Part shown: positions 51,611 to 63,155 of the stretch, piece by piece
Position numbering within the stretch: position 1 is the stretch's first letter
Layout of the letters: each line of letters begins with the position of its first letter
Assembly: GCF_001194135.2 (NCBI RefSeq)
Contig: NC_068982.1
Coordinates: 159,472,630-159,535,784 of the forward strand
Length of the DNA stretch: 63,155 bases
Direction: 5' to 3'
From: Octopus bimaculoides
Taxonomy: Eukaryota
The notes under the pieces: generated by a model
Databases searched by the model: none
Seen by the model: the letters and a program-made list of their open reading frames with translations, nothing else
Told to the model about the DNA's origin: nothing
Made by a program: the position numbers and the translations under genes

Positions 51611-53989
51611 ATTACTCTTACAATTACCCATGGTTGCTGATGTTGTTCACACATAAAATACAGAACGTGAACGTGAAAACGAACGGATGCATTTTCGAAG
51701 AAAACAGAAAATAACAGAGAGAAAACCAAAACCAAGTCCAAAGTCTCTATCTTATCTGATATGAATGAAATTTAACAAACACACATATGGACGCACATGC
51801 TTACATATAATCACGCACACATACGTGCGTGCACACACTCACATGATCATACCGGACAATTTCAAAACAACGCTGAATCATACATTCAAAATAAATGCAA
51901 GTGGAGAGGCATGTTACTGAAGAGATTGCAAGAGTGCAATTAAATGATTTAACAAAAAAAAAAAAAGCTAAATACTGTTTATAGCTAAATAAAGGACCGC
52001 ACCAGTGCGTGTGTTCATTACCAGTATAATGCCTCTCCCAAGGTTTAAAAGTACGTAGGGAGAAGTTAAACAATCTTTGCAGAAGGGAATTGTGCCACTG
52101 GATAAATATGATATCAGGGAGTTTTCTTGCTCCCCTAAAGAGAGAACGAAACATCATTTGCCATTTCGTATTTCTTACATTCAGTGGTTCACAAGAACTA
52201 TATCGAGTCCCCAACTTAACTGCTGACAATATCTTTTGTTACTTCCCTTGAGAATAGACGAAGTATTTGCTGTGTAAAATATTTTACTCGGCATTATTTT
52301 CAATTATCTGTTAAGTCAATGTTTCTCACATATTGTATGTATTCAAACACTGAGGAATATTTGAGTCCACAGCAAACATGTCGGGTTTGATTTTTTGCAT
52401 TCCGTCTTGGCTGCGAATGTTATTTTTCTTTAACGTATAGGAAAATTTCCATAAAAGAAAAATTGCAATGTCTAGTAATTAAAGGATTTGGCGGACAGGA
52501 AGAAGTCTGAGTTGTAGTCCTTGAATCTCATATATATCCGTTCTCTGAATATCTAAATATTTGCTAATTTAAAAAAAATATACGGTGTAGTTAGGAGAGA
52601 TGTTATAACTGTTTACAGGCGGTCTTATGACTACAGGGTATTTTTGATTCATGACTCTATGATATAAAGACAAAATAATATAACCAAATTCGCTTCTGTT
52701 TTTGTTAGGTAAATATAATCTTTGTGAAGTCGAGTTCCTAACTAAGTAAATTTGGGATATCTAAGATTAAAAAAACAAGTTTTGTACAACAAAATTATAC
52801 TCATGTAACTAAGTGAAATTTAATCTACGAACAATGAGCAGGCTGTCTTAATGAGCTGAAACTGAAGCAACAGGCCTTGAGTAAACAGCGCACGTATTAA
52901 AGTGCTGTGAGTTCATATACGTACGATACGTTAAATAAACAATTTCTATTCTGAAGAAATTTTTATTCAGCCGTTAATAGTAATTTAAACAGCAATCACA
53001 TATAGACTACGTACTCGTATAATCGACTAGCATATTGAAGACCAATAGTTATGAGAGAATATATTATTGCTCATGGATCTAAGGTAGAAATATACGTGAT
53101 CTTATATATTATTCAGTGTTGTGTCCTGATATTGGAAATCATATAAGCAATCCTTCGATCGAGTCTCGTGAACGTGGTTCCATATCTTTACCAATAATGT
53201 CCGCGTGTTTATCTCGACTGACAACGTAAGAGCGTGCTTCATACATTTCTCAATCTGTGATGAACCATCATGTTTTAAGATATTGTTATTCGCTCAGAAC
53301 CGAAATAGAGGTAATGATATGAACAAGAAATTTAGAGGTGTTCATTGCAACACATATTTCAAGAGGGGCGCTGAGTAATTTAGGATTACTAAGTTTAGAA
53401 ATTAGTAATTCAGAATTAGTAACTTTAAAAATTGTTCGCGGAGATACAGGACCGAAATTGGTTTGCCGGCCCAAATTTTCACTCCACAAAAACAGGCTAC
53501 AGTTTCAGTAAAAGCATGTTAATTTCGAAATTTGCTGAATGACTAAGATTAGGCCCCCTACTCAAACAGAGATTTTTTGAAATCGCGTCTTACTACTCGT
53601 TTCAATTTCTCTCAAAGAGAATGTAAGTTCGATATATTCGAAGACTTTATGATATGGTATTTAGTTTATCTTCTTATGACTTTCATATGATTAACCAAAC
53701 CGATGTGAATATGAATTATTTCTGTTTGCTGTTTTTTTCTATTTTCATTTATGTGTGTGATTAAATATAAATACAGTTATATAAACACATATACTTACAC
53801 GCATACTCTGATGAATATAAAAAGAAATATCAATATACACAATACAACTATATCACATAACATATTCAGTAAATTCTTGATGTATTAAATCTCAATAGTC
53901 AAGAATTTTCCAAATTATTCACGTCGTTCAGAAAACCGGACAAGAGATAATAGGAGTGTCATTGGCACCTATTTCTACCGCCATAAATG

Positions 53990-54385
53990 TCGAGAATAAA
54001 TCAGCCTGCAGTTTTACCCAGTTCGACAGTGTTGATATCTAAGCCCCTCCTACTGAAGGACCTATCTTTTGCTGAGCAACACGCCAGCATAAGTGTTCTT
54101 GATATCAGAATTATCATGAATGCCAGAAAGTCGATTCTGGTCCACAGCGATTCCTTCTGGGTGAAGAAAGGTGGTCCATTGTTCGATGTCTTTATGGGGA
54201 GCATCTACAAGCTGAAATCGCCGACATCATCGGGTTATACATCTTAGATACCCTCAAGACACGTACCAACCTACATTTCTCGACCCTCTATAGGGATAGC
54301 CGTCATATGAATGGTCAGACCATGGACAGGTTCAGGAAGGATTTGATAAAAATATTTAAGGAGTTCCGCCTGTCTATACATGTCT
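53990..54385 (+). mobile_element. Penelope-like RT fragment of a further type (tentatively Nematis-like)
   Basis: ISKPLLLKDLSFAEQH..IIMNARKSILVHSDSFWVKKGGPLFDVFMGS..AEIADIIGLYIL..LYRD..RFRKDLIKIFKE resembles the PLE RT type with FDVTMGxxDGAExxELVG..GLYRDDGL. Confidence 0.75.
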
Positions 54386-57300
54386 TTTTATAGATGGACG
54401 TAAGTGTGGAAAATGCTTATGGTGCATTCATCTAGAATTTTAGGTAACAACGGACACGTACATATATGCCTTTGTATACAACAATATAATATCGATAAAA
54501 AATAGTAATGCAGTTGGTTAATCCTAAACTTTACAAATATCAATTTAAAATTTCTCAAAGAAATTCAATAAATCAAACGTTAATTCAACCTCGATCTCAT
54601 CTATACTTTATAACGATTTGATTAAATTATAAACATTCATTTGGGAAATCTAAGGCACACGAAAATCAATTTTTCCACGCAGAGAATACATCTACCTAAA
54701 TTTGACTCATATATTTACACCTTTACTTTCAGTTTTGTGTGAAATTTAAACAAAAGCAAAAAAAAAGATGCTCATTTCAATCTAAAGTTAATCTAATAAC
54801 CATAACTTTCTGTCAATCCACACGCTACAAACAAACACATGCTTGCGAATTTCCTCCTACGCCCTCCACACATATCTAATTCTTCAGTCTCCTTGCTTCA
54901 GACTGTATTATCTTCGACAAAGCTACAACTAGGAAAAAGAAAGAATATCACAAATGTTATATAGAACGAAAAGAAACCAACAAAAGTAAAGTGTGAAGAA
55001 GGTGATCAAGCTGAATCTACGAGATCACGCTCAAACTTTCCCTTATAAATTTTCAAAAGTATGACATCTGCTGAAAAACGTATTGAGAATCCTTCACTTA
55101 CTAAAACAATAGTTTGACATCAGTTAAACTCTTTTTTTTATATATATAAAATATGATATAAAAGGAAACATTAATATATACCGCCATCTGTGTATCATAT
55201 TATAAATACACACNNNNNNNNNNNNNNNNNNNNNNNNNNNNNNNNNNNNNNNNNNNNNNNNNNNNNNNNNNNNNNNNNNNNNNNNNNNNNNNNNNNNNNN
55301 NNNNNNNNNNNNNNNNNNNNNNNNNNNNNNNNNNNNNNNNNNNNNNNNNNNNNNNNNNNNNNNNNNNNNNNNNNNNNNNNNNNNNNNNNNNNNNNNNNNN
55401 NNNNNNNNNNNNNNNNNNNNNNNNNNNNNNNNNNNNNNNNNNNNNNNNNNNNNNNNNNNNNNNNNNNNNNNNNNTATATATATATATATATATGTATATA
55501 TATAAAACAAAGCACGAATTTCGTTCAAACCGGTGAAACTGAAAGCATCACATCAATGGATATTAACAAAGGCGAAAGTAGTTTGAAGTTCTCGAGAGTA
55601 ACTGCTGTGCCAAACTTCGTATCATTTCAATGTATATTGCTATTCACACACCAAATGTATAAAGCACCATTATCAAATATTATCTTATCGTGTAATCGCA
55701 TCTAAATGTGTGTATACATTTAGTATGAGAGGCCGATGGCAATTTTAATTTCAAAATCTTTCACAGCGAGTTCATAAATATATACGTGTGTGAATGTGTG
55801 TATCTGTGTGTCAGTCTGTCTGTCTGTCTTTGTATCCATATTATATTCACCTCAATGTATACGCACATATACATACGTGTACACATATATATGAGTGCGG
55901 GGGTGTTTGTGAGTGTGCGCATGTGTGGGTGTTCATACATATGAATATAAATAAAATATCTTTTTATATGCGTGTGTTAGTGAGAGTGTGTTTGTATGTG
56001 TGTACTTATGAATATGTGTGCGTTTGTAAATTTGTTCATCAAACAATAAATTTGTTGATCAATATGATCAAAGTTCTTTGATAAAAAGAAATCAATAACA
56101 AATGGTTGTGAATAATCTGCATTGCAATAATACTTTATTGTTTCATTTTCTTTTGTTGTTTTCATTCATCTATCCCTTTTTCACATAACACGATTTAAAA
56201 CCGTTGAACTGATATTTTATCAGACCATGCAGAATGGAAGCCCGGCAGTGATTTAGGCATTAATATATGCATTTTTTGTTTATATGGTGGAATAAATGCA
56301 ATTACCAATGATACGTTTGTGAATAAGTTTTATGTTATATATTACAATTACTGTCAGATATGTATTATTAATTCTAGTGACAATAAATTTAATGAACAAT
56401 TGTAGAAACAGAGATTGTGTTAACTGATATTCTAATTATGGTGTAACACCGTGCGGTCTGCTACTGAATTAAAATCTAACAGCAAGACCATTCAGAGCTC
56501 CAAAAGCTTGTTTAATTGAAAAGTACAAGAAAGTTATAAAGGTTTTGAAATGTAAATATACCATTTTATGTACGATATAATGGTAATAATGCTGTGTAAA
56601 AAAACTAGGTAATTCATCTATTACTAATCAAACAAAGATTAAAACAAAATCGTCCACTTTATATTACATTTAGCTCCATCTTAAATTTATGCATGAAACA
56701 ATCTACCGTTTAGACATTTCGAATTGTGAATTGATTCCATCCATTGAAAACCTATCATATCATATTATACAAAAAAGCTCTTCACAAACTCTGTAAATCG
56801 AAAGAAAAAGTATGTTCACTATATCAGTGCTCCGAAACACTCACATTCTGTATGTTTCATATTTACACCAAGATAACTCACACTCAAGGATACCAATTCA
56901 TAAACATAATTCAATGATTCATTCACACTATTGCACAACACACTAAAACATATTCTCAATCTCAGAAGCACGCATTATGTATTAACGTGAACTCTTCCTA
57001 TTCAACGGACATGTTTGAATATGTTTCATTACTGAATAACATAATAAATAATGCACAGGTTAGCGTACACAAAAATTTCACAATGGACTGAACTGGAATC
57101 TAGAAGCGAATGTTATAGGGCTCTCTGACAAAATCGTTGCATCACGCTTTTGAATGGCGGGCATTGGTTAATAAATACACATAAATGGCTACTTTAATTT
57201 AATGCTTTCCCGATTGTGCAACTCAGGTTTTATTTAGTGTGCCAAGCTTCCCACAGTAACAGCTACATTATTATTGTTTGTCAGAGAGTCAACAACATAC

Positions 57301-58139
57301 ATACTTACCTACACACTTTTTCTTAGTCACTCATCCCCCTACACGCACCCAGCACTCTGTTCACTCTGCACCTTCGCAGCTACACACATTTCAGCTCACT
57401 CACTTAAACACTCGCTCCCCCAATTTATTGTCTTATTCTTCCCATACATGCCGCCCTTTACCTACACCTTCCATTCTGGCGTTGTTCTTCCCTAACGCTA
57501 TTTTGCATCCACCATATAATTGTACCACTCTTTCCAAGCCACGTATTCAAACTAAACCCACTTTGGGCATATTTGTTTACCATTTCTCTCCCTGCTGATA
57601 TTTTCAGTTTCACCATCTTTAAATTTTCAACACGCACAAAATGGCAAGATTTTCTCCTTTACCTCTCTTCCGTTGTAAACGTTTTAAACACTGTAACTTG
57701 CATATATATCATCTTTCTAATATTGTTTCTTCAGCTCTACATTACAAAATAGACATGTCTATCCCATCGAATTATGCAACTATTATATAACTTCTCTTCT
57801 CAATTTGAACTCGCATGTTCATTTCTCCCATTATCTTCTCCTTCGCCTCCCCTTATATTTCTTTCTCCTTTTCTTCATTCTTCTGTTTATATAACTTACG
57901 TTCACCTCCATGGCATTTCTCGTTTTCCTTCCATGTTGTTCAGTAATTTTCTTTCTCCAGACAACTAAATTATATTTTAGCTTCCCCAATTTTGCACTGA
58001 ATCCTTATGCTTATCTCTTGCCCATAATTCCTTTCACACTTCAGAATCTCACTCCTGCAAAGAACCTTTACTTTTGTTTTGCCTGATGAGGAATTTACCA
58101 TCTTGAGTGCGTAATGGAGAAGACGAAGTTCCGTTTACC

Positions 58140-58660
58140 TTAACAATAAGACCGTGCAATAACTTCGTTCTGATGGAGTTGGAGGCAGATTAACACAAGA
58201 TTCCTCAACTAGATTGAGCCGCTGCTGAACATGAGCTGTCAGATATTTAAGTGAGTTTGTAAATTCAGCTTTTAAAATATTTTTTCTGTTGTGAAAGAAG
58301 CACATGTGAGCAAGGTCAAAAAGCGCTCTATTCTTTTTAAATAGCAACTTATTGATCTTGTTATTTACATTTACCCAAACTTGATGTTTACGTTTGTTAA
58401 AACCAGTCACATCTGCAAACTATTTATTGCATTCTTAATGTTGTTCCAGTGATTTCTACATTTCAATACTTCCAATTTTCTGACAAGCCATGCTATGATC
58501 TCAGAATCTTTCAGTCGCACAACAGCCTTCAACCTTACATTTGTCTTTTTTGAGCTCTTAAACTTTGCTCTGAAAATCTTATGCTCAGTCCATCACTCAG
58601 AACCACGCATTGAACGAATGATGTACATATTTTGAACATCATACCTGCGAATAACAAAAT
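58140..58660 (-). mobile_element. RTE-clade LINE fragment (end of APE endonuclease plus linker)
   Basis: A minus frame reads DVQNMYIIRSMRGSE*WTEHKIFRAKF (cf. TRAMRGAECWTDHRLVRSK), then KHQVWVNVNNKINKLLFKKN (cf. KHQDWFDEN). Confidence 0.65.
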
Positions 58661-59547
58661 ATTCAATAAGATGCAACTGTGTTGAATCAGAATGCCCGTA
58701 CGTAGACTTACTACTTCAAATACAATGGACTAATTCGGCACACATTCCCAGTGGAAGCATTACCTCAACATTACACTTTCTACATGTTTCGCAATTCCTA
58801 CACACATCCCTACGTACAGTCTGTGTTCTCCGTTGTCCCCTTAAACCTATATCTTGAACACATCTTCCTCACTTAAATCGCATCTATAAACATATTTCCA
58901 TCTTTACCTCCCAGTGCTGTTCCCCTGCTAACAATCTTGTACGTCCTTTGACTAAGCGTATCCCACCTACCGTTTTCCTGTGGTCAACTTAAGGAAACAT
59001 CCAGGCTTCTCCGTGCGACGAAGTAATCAACCAGAGGCAATTGGACATGAGGACTTGCTGATTGCTCATGTATCTCTTTCGATGTATGTAAGATATATAT
59101 ATATATATATATATATATACATNNNNNNNNNNNNNNNNNNNNNNNNNNNNNNNNNNNNNNNNNNNNNNNNNNNNNNNNNNNNNNNNNNNNNNNNNNNNNN
59201 NNNNNNNNNNNNNNNNNNNNNNNNNNNNNNNNNNNNNNNNNNNNNNNNNNNNNNNNNNNNNNNNNNNNNNNNNNNNNNNNNNNNNNNNNNNNNNNNNNNN
59301 NNNNNNNNNNNNNNNNNNNNNNNNNNNNNNNNNNNNNNNNNNNNNNNNNNNNNNNNNNNNNNNNNNNNNNNNNNNNNNNNNNNNNNNNNNNNNNNNNNNN
59401 NNNNNNNNNNNNNNNNNNNNNNNNNNNNNNNNNNNNNNNNNNNNNNNNNNNNNNNNNNNNNNNNNNNNNNNNNNNNNNNNNNNNNNNNNNNNNNNNNNNN
59501 NNNNNNNNNNNNNNNNNNNNNNNNNNNNNNNNNNNNNNNNNNNNNNN

Positions 59548-59593
<46 letters not shown>

Positions 59594-60305
59594 ATGTAAT
59601 ATAAACCATACACATAGTTATATCTCAATGTGTACGTATGACTATATCCATATGTCTATATATAAGAAGGGTTGGTTACTGTTAGAACGTCTTTGATCAC
59701 ACATTCTAGCTCGCACCCCGCCGAGAGGGGCTAAATTCTAACTTTCATCCACCGCAAAAGAAATAAACTCAAAATTTCATTTTTCAGAAGTGTCAAATCA
59801 ATGAATTGAAATAATAATAATATGTAAAATGTTCAAATATTAAACTGTTCTCTACTGTAGGGAAAATGTAAAGAATTATTATTACGTTGTTACTGCGTTC
59901 GACTTGAAAATTGTCAATTACAATATATTACTTAAATGCAATCGAAACTTATTTCAAATGGAGACTTTTTCGTCTCACAACGGAACATTTGATACCTACT
60001 CAATTTGAAAGGAAGTTATAGCGTGTTATAATTCAATATGTTACAGAAAAGTCAGTGTATACATACAGATGTAGGTAGAATTATATTTGAAGTTTTACAT
60101 CAGAATAATTCAAAGATTTCGCAATTGGGTTTTTTGTAGGGTATATGGAGAAAAATTTTCGGTGTCAATATGTTATTTCAACAAGCCGATACGCAAATAA
60201 TTAAGACATATATGGACATATGTACCTACTTACATATACATGCTTATACATATATATTTGTATGTACGCATAGATGTATATAAATATACATAAATATACA
60301 TGCAT

Positions 60306-60336
<31 letters not shown>

Positions 60337-60429
60337 CGTGCGTGTGTGCGTGCGTGTGTATAATATTAATCACACACACACACATATATATGCAAATCTA
60401 TTCGCATATGAGCGAACATATACATACAA

Positions 60430-60806
60430 AATTCTCAACGTGGCACTCCGTCGGTTGCAGCGACGAGGGTTGCAGTTGATCCGATCAACGGAACAGCCTG
60501 CACGTGAAATTAACGTGCATGTACCTGAGCACTCCACAGACAGGTGTACCTTGAATGTAGTAATGGGTGACACTGTGTGAAAAGGCTGGCCCTTTCAAAT
60601 ACAGGTACAGAATAAACGGGAAGAAAAAGTGAGATAATTTTGTGACGAAAGAGCACAGCAGGGTACGCCACCACCCCTACCGAAACCTCGTGGAGCTTTA
60701 GCTATTTTCGCTCAATAAACACTCACAAAGCCCAGTCTGGGAATGGAAACCGAGATCCTACGACTGTGAGTCCGCGGCCCAAACCACTGGGCCATTGCAC
60801 CTCCAC
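60430..60806 (-). mobile_element. tRNA-derived Octopus-type SINE (family D)
   Basis: Reverse complement head gtggaggtgcaatggcccagtggtttgggccgcggactcacagtcgtaggatctcggtttccattcccagactgggc with A/B-box-like motifs and a long GC-richer body. Confidence 0.85.
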
Positions 60807-61493
60807 TATACAGAATTGTATATAATTATATACCGAAGACATTCTGCGCAGGTTTCACCTTTTCACTACACAAGAGGCTTTGAGAAAATTCTTTGACACA
60901 AAATGACAGCAAGACTTGTACTTCGTTTGCATAAATGTCAGTCACATCGCTATTTTTATCTACACCTTTTCAAATGCCTATGATGGTTTAATTTTTAGCA
61001 TGAATATCTTTCGCATAAATCAGTTACTATTTTACCTAACGCTTTCTAAATCGGGACAAATATATTGACGTAGCAGAGTTTGTCTGTAGGTGTTAGCCGC
61101 TAAGAATAAAAAAGGGGACTTACGAAAATATAATACATAATATATATACACGAATGCATGCACGTATGGCTGCGATTCATATTTGGGGTAATACCATCAT
61201 TTGTTTTTTCTCAAAACATAAGCAGCACAGATAAGGTGTATTAGTTTACTGGGGTGTGTATCTATCTTTTGTACAGAAGTGACAACAATGGGCTCAACTA
61301 GTAGGAGATTACAATATCGTTTTGGGGAATATCCCTGTGATCATTCAGGCCATAAGACTCATTATTTTCTACACTTCTTGCAAGTACATATGTTGTATAA
61401 TTCATGTTCTATATTTTAGAGAAGTGGAATTCTGTACTTTATTTACATTATTTACATTGGACGAATATGTGTCCTCATCTTGTTTATTGTTAC

Positions 61494-61535
61494 CACAACG
61501 TTTCGGTTGATTTATGCTCCAGCCTTCATCAGGTA
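61494..61535 (-). ncRNA. Minimal type-I hammerhead ribozyme, core intact
   Basis: Minus strand: TAC / CTGATGA / A-GGCTG-gagcataaat-CAACC / GAAA / CGT-T / GTG, with one stem II mismatch. Confidence 0.75.
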
Positions 61536-61581
61536 TCCTGGTAGAATTTTCAACCCAAATCTAAAGGTTTTTCTTTTCTGA

Positions 61582-61651
<70 letters not shown>
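61582..61651. repeat. Perfect (TTA)n microsatellite
   Basis: Directly visible. Confidence 0.97.
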
Positions 61652-61652
<1 letters not shown>

Positions 61653-61800
61653 CCTCGTAAGACAGTGTATGTAAAAATGAACTGGAGACTTTAGTCATCT
61701 GTGAAGTCACAACAAGCACCTCATACAGATAATAATTTCCTCAAGATGTCCGCTGTGCCGAATAAGTCAATCCAACCCATAGACATCTTTGCCTTGAATA
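61652..61800 (-). mobile_element. Extreme 3' end of an RLE (R4/Dong-type) LINE
   Basis: A minus frame reads LFGTADILRKLLSV* (cf. LLGTAHILRKVL C-terminus), followed by a ~70-nt 3' UTR running into (AAT)n. Confidence 0.55.
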
Positions 61801-61801
61801 A

Positions 61802-61807
61802 ATGATA

Positions 61808-61877
<70 letters not shown>

Positions 61878-61923
61878 TAATAATAATAACAATAGTAATT
61901 ATTATCATTATTATTATTACTAC

Positions 61924-61980
<57 letters not shown>
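61802..61980. repeat. Quasi-palindromic microsatellite (AAT)n followed by (TTA)n
   Basis: The strand switch is visible at ~61897. Confidence 0.95.
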
Positions 61981-61981
<1 letters not shown>

Positions 61982-62033
61982 ACAACATCAGCAAAAAATT
62001 GTTTAGGAATCAGAGCCCAAAGTTCTACAAGGA

Positions 62034-62075
62034 TACCTGATGAATGCTTGAGAGTATATCAGCCGAAACATTGTG
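62034..62075 (+). ncRNA. Degenerate minimal type-I hammerhead ribozyme
   Basis: TAC / CTGATGA / A-TGCTT-gagagtatat-CAGCC / GAAA / CAT-T / GTG. Stem II is mismatched and the ACGT palindrome has decayed to ACAT. Confidence 0.65.
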
Positions 62076-62199
62076 CTAACAAGAAACTAGATGAGAGCAC
62101 ATAACCGACCAATATAAATAATGTAAATATTGTATAATTCATAATTATGTGGATCCTTTGATGGGGTTTAAGGCCTACTTCCCTCGATAATCAAGCCTA

Positions 62200-62560
62200 T
62201 ACTCATTACGTGTTAACCTGGGCGCTGCGGCAACATATTCAGGCAAATTTACATCAAGACACTTACGAAAAATTCTCTTGTACATTTAATGCTCGGCACC
62301 ATGTTATTCGAACTTCCTCCTTCTATAATGCACTGATTTGCCCCATGATAATCAATCTACTGCGATGTATTAATCATATATTCCCCAAGATTTTGAATTC
62401 TTCCAATCCATTATTGATATATTCCCCATATACAAATTTCAGTTTGGGTGCTGGTCTTTTACACTTAGCTAACTAACCATAAAGAATTTGCGTAGGCATC
62501 TGATATTGTTCCTCACTGGCATTGTAAGCACTTTATCGTAATAGTTTTCGAAATATCAAA
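62200..62560 (-). mobile_element. Degraded LINE fragment (RTE-like, post-RT region)
   Basis: Minus strand LEEFKILG.. resembles VxEFKYLG; the remainder is heavily decayed. Confidence 0.3.
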
Positions 62561-63072
62561 GACTAAACTGAAAGACTGGGTTCACAGACTTTAACATAAC
62601 ATATAGATTTGCAATAAGTTAACACGTTACAAGGGGAAACACTTTGGTGACATCGCTCCACCTTTCTCAGATATCTGCCGGAAAGTAACCCGGGTCTCGC
62701 AAAACTTAAGGGAAAAAAAGTATTGAAAATCTTCAATTATGTCCCAATCGAAATGCCATTCCGAGACTATAAACGTCTATCCAATTTTCAGTATGAATAT
62801 TTCATCATCAATATTATTTATAAAGTTCACATTACTCCCTTATATATTCACAACCTGCGAATTCTGTCCATACACGTAAATTAATAGGTTTTGCCAGCTG
62901 CATATGATTGTTCATAGACTATCCATGTGGAGTCCAAATGATGTTTCACATATATACTTAAAGACACATAGACATATAGATGGAGAGAGAGAGACAAGGA
63001 GAGTGTGTGTTAAAGAGAGAGATAGAAAGCCAGGCAGATAGATATGCATACCGACAACTAGACAGACATACA

Positions 63073-63073
63073 T

Positions 63074-63142
<69 letters not shown>

Positions 63143-63146
63143 CAGA
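63073..63146. repeat. (GATA)n microsatellite
   Basis: Directly visible. Confidence 0.97.
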
Positions 63147-63155
63147 TCGGAAGAG

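Larger units (their letters stand above)
61441..62128. mobile_element. RT-less inverted-arm element of the same PLE family as 16724-18326
   Basis: The left arm 61441-61550 and right arm ~62005-62128 are reverse complements of each other, and both match the arms at 16724 and 18204 (AAATAATGT end repeats, GATGAG(G/A), HHR). The interior is microsatellite plus a short LINE tail. Confidence 0.8.

Noticed and set aside
50075-51700. HHR-like fragments flanking the Naiad-like PLE (~50080 and ~51636)
   Set aside because: The core nucleotides are incomplete in both and the folds are ambiguous.
57330-58990. Pyrimidine-rich blocks at 57330-57570 and 58740-58990 resembling RTE 3' ends on the minus strand
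   Set aside because: Only vague compositional and motif similarity.

Overview
AT-rich, microsatellite-dense, gap-ridden eukaryotic DNA. The tRNA-derived SINE families and repeat landscape look like an Octopus (cephalopod) genome; this is inferred from recalled repeat sequences, not from a search. No host protein-coding gene can be supported, and most ORFs in the track are artefacts of (TA)n/(CA)n repeats or N gaps. The window is mostly decayed transposons: a mariner remnant, RTE, CR1-group and restriction-like-endonuclease (R4/Dong-type) LINE fragments, about eleven SINEs, a 5S rRNA pseudogene, and Penelope-like elements (PLEs) of at least four distinct RT types. The most notable signal is non-coding: about eleven type-I hammerhead ribozyme (HHR) motifs, intact or degenerate, from four or more families with palindromic stem III. 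These include (i) an ORF-less three-HHR locus at 39419-40287 with a 428-nt HHR-to-HHR unit (retrozyme/circRNA-like) plus a ~345-bp inverted copy, (ii) a PLE with inverted HHR arms at 16724-18326, and (iii) an RT-less version of the same family at 61441-62128. There is also a terminator-less 5S pseudogene joined to a B-box-deleted SINE at 40573-40850. All alignments, identities and foldings were done by eye, and TE boundaries are approximate.
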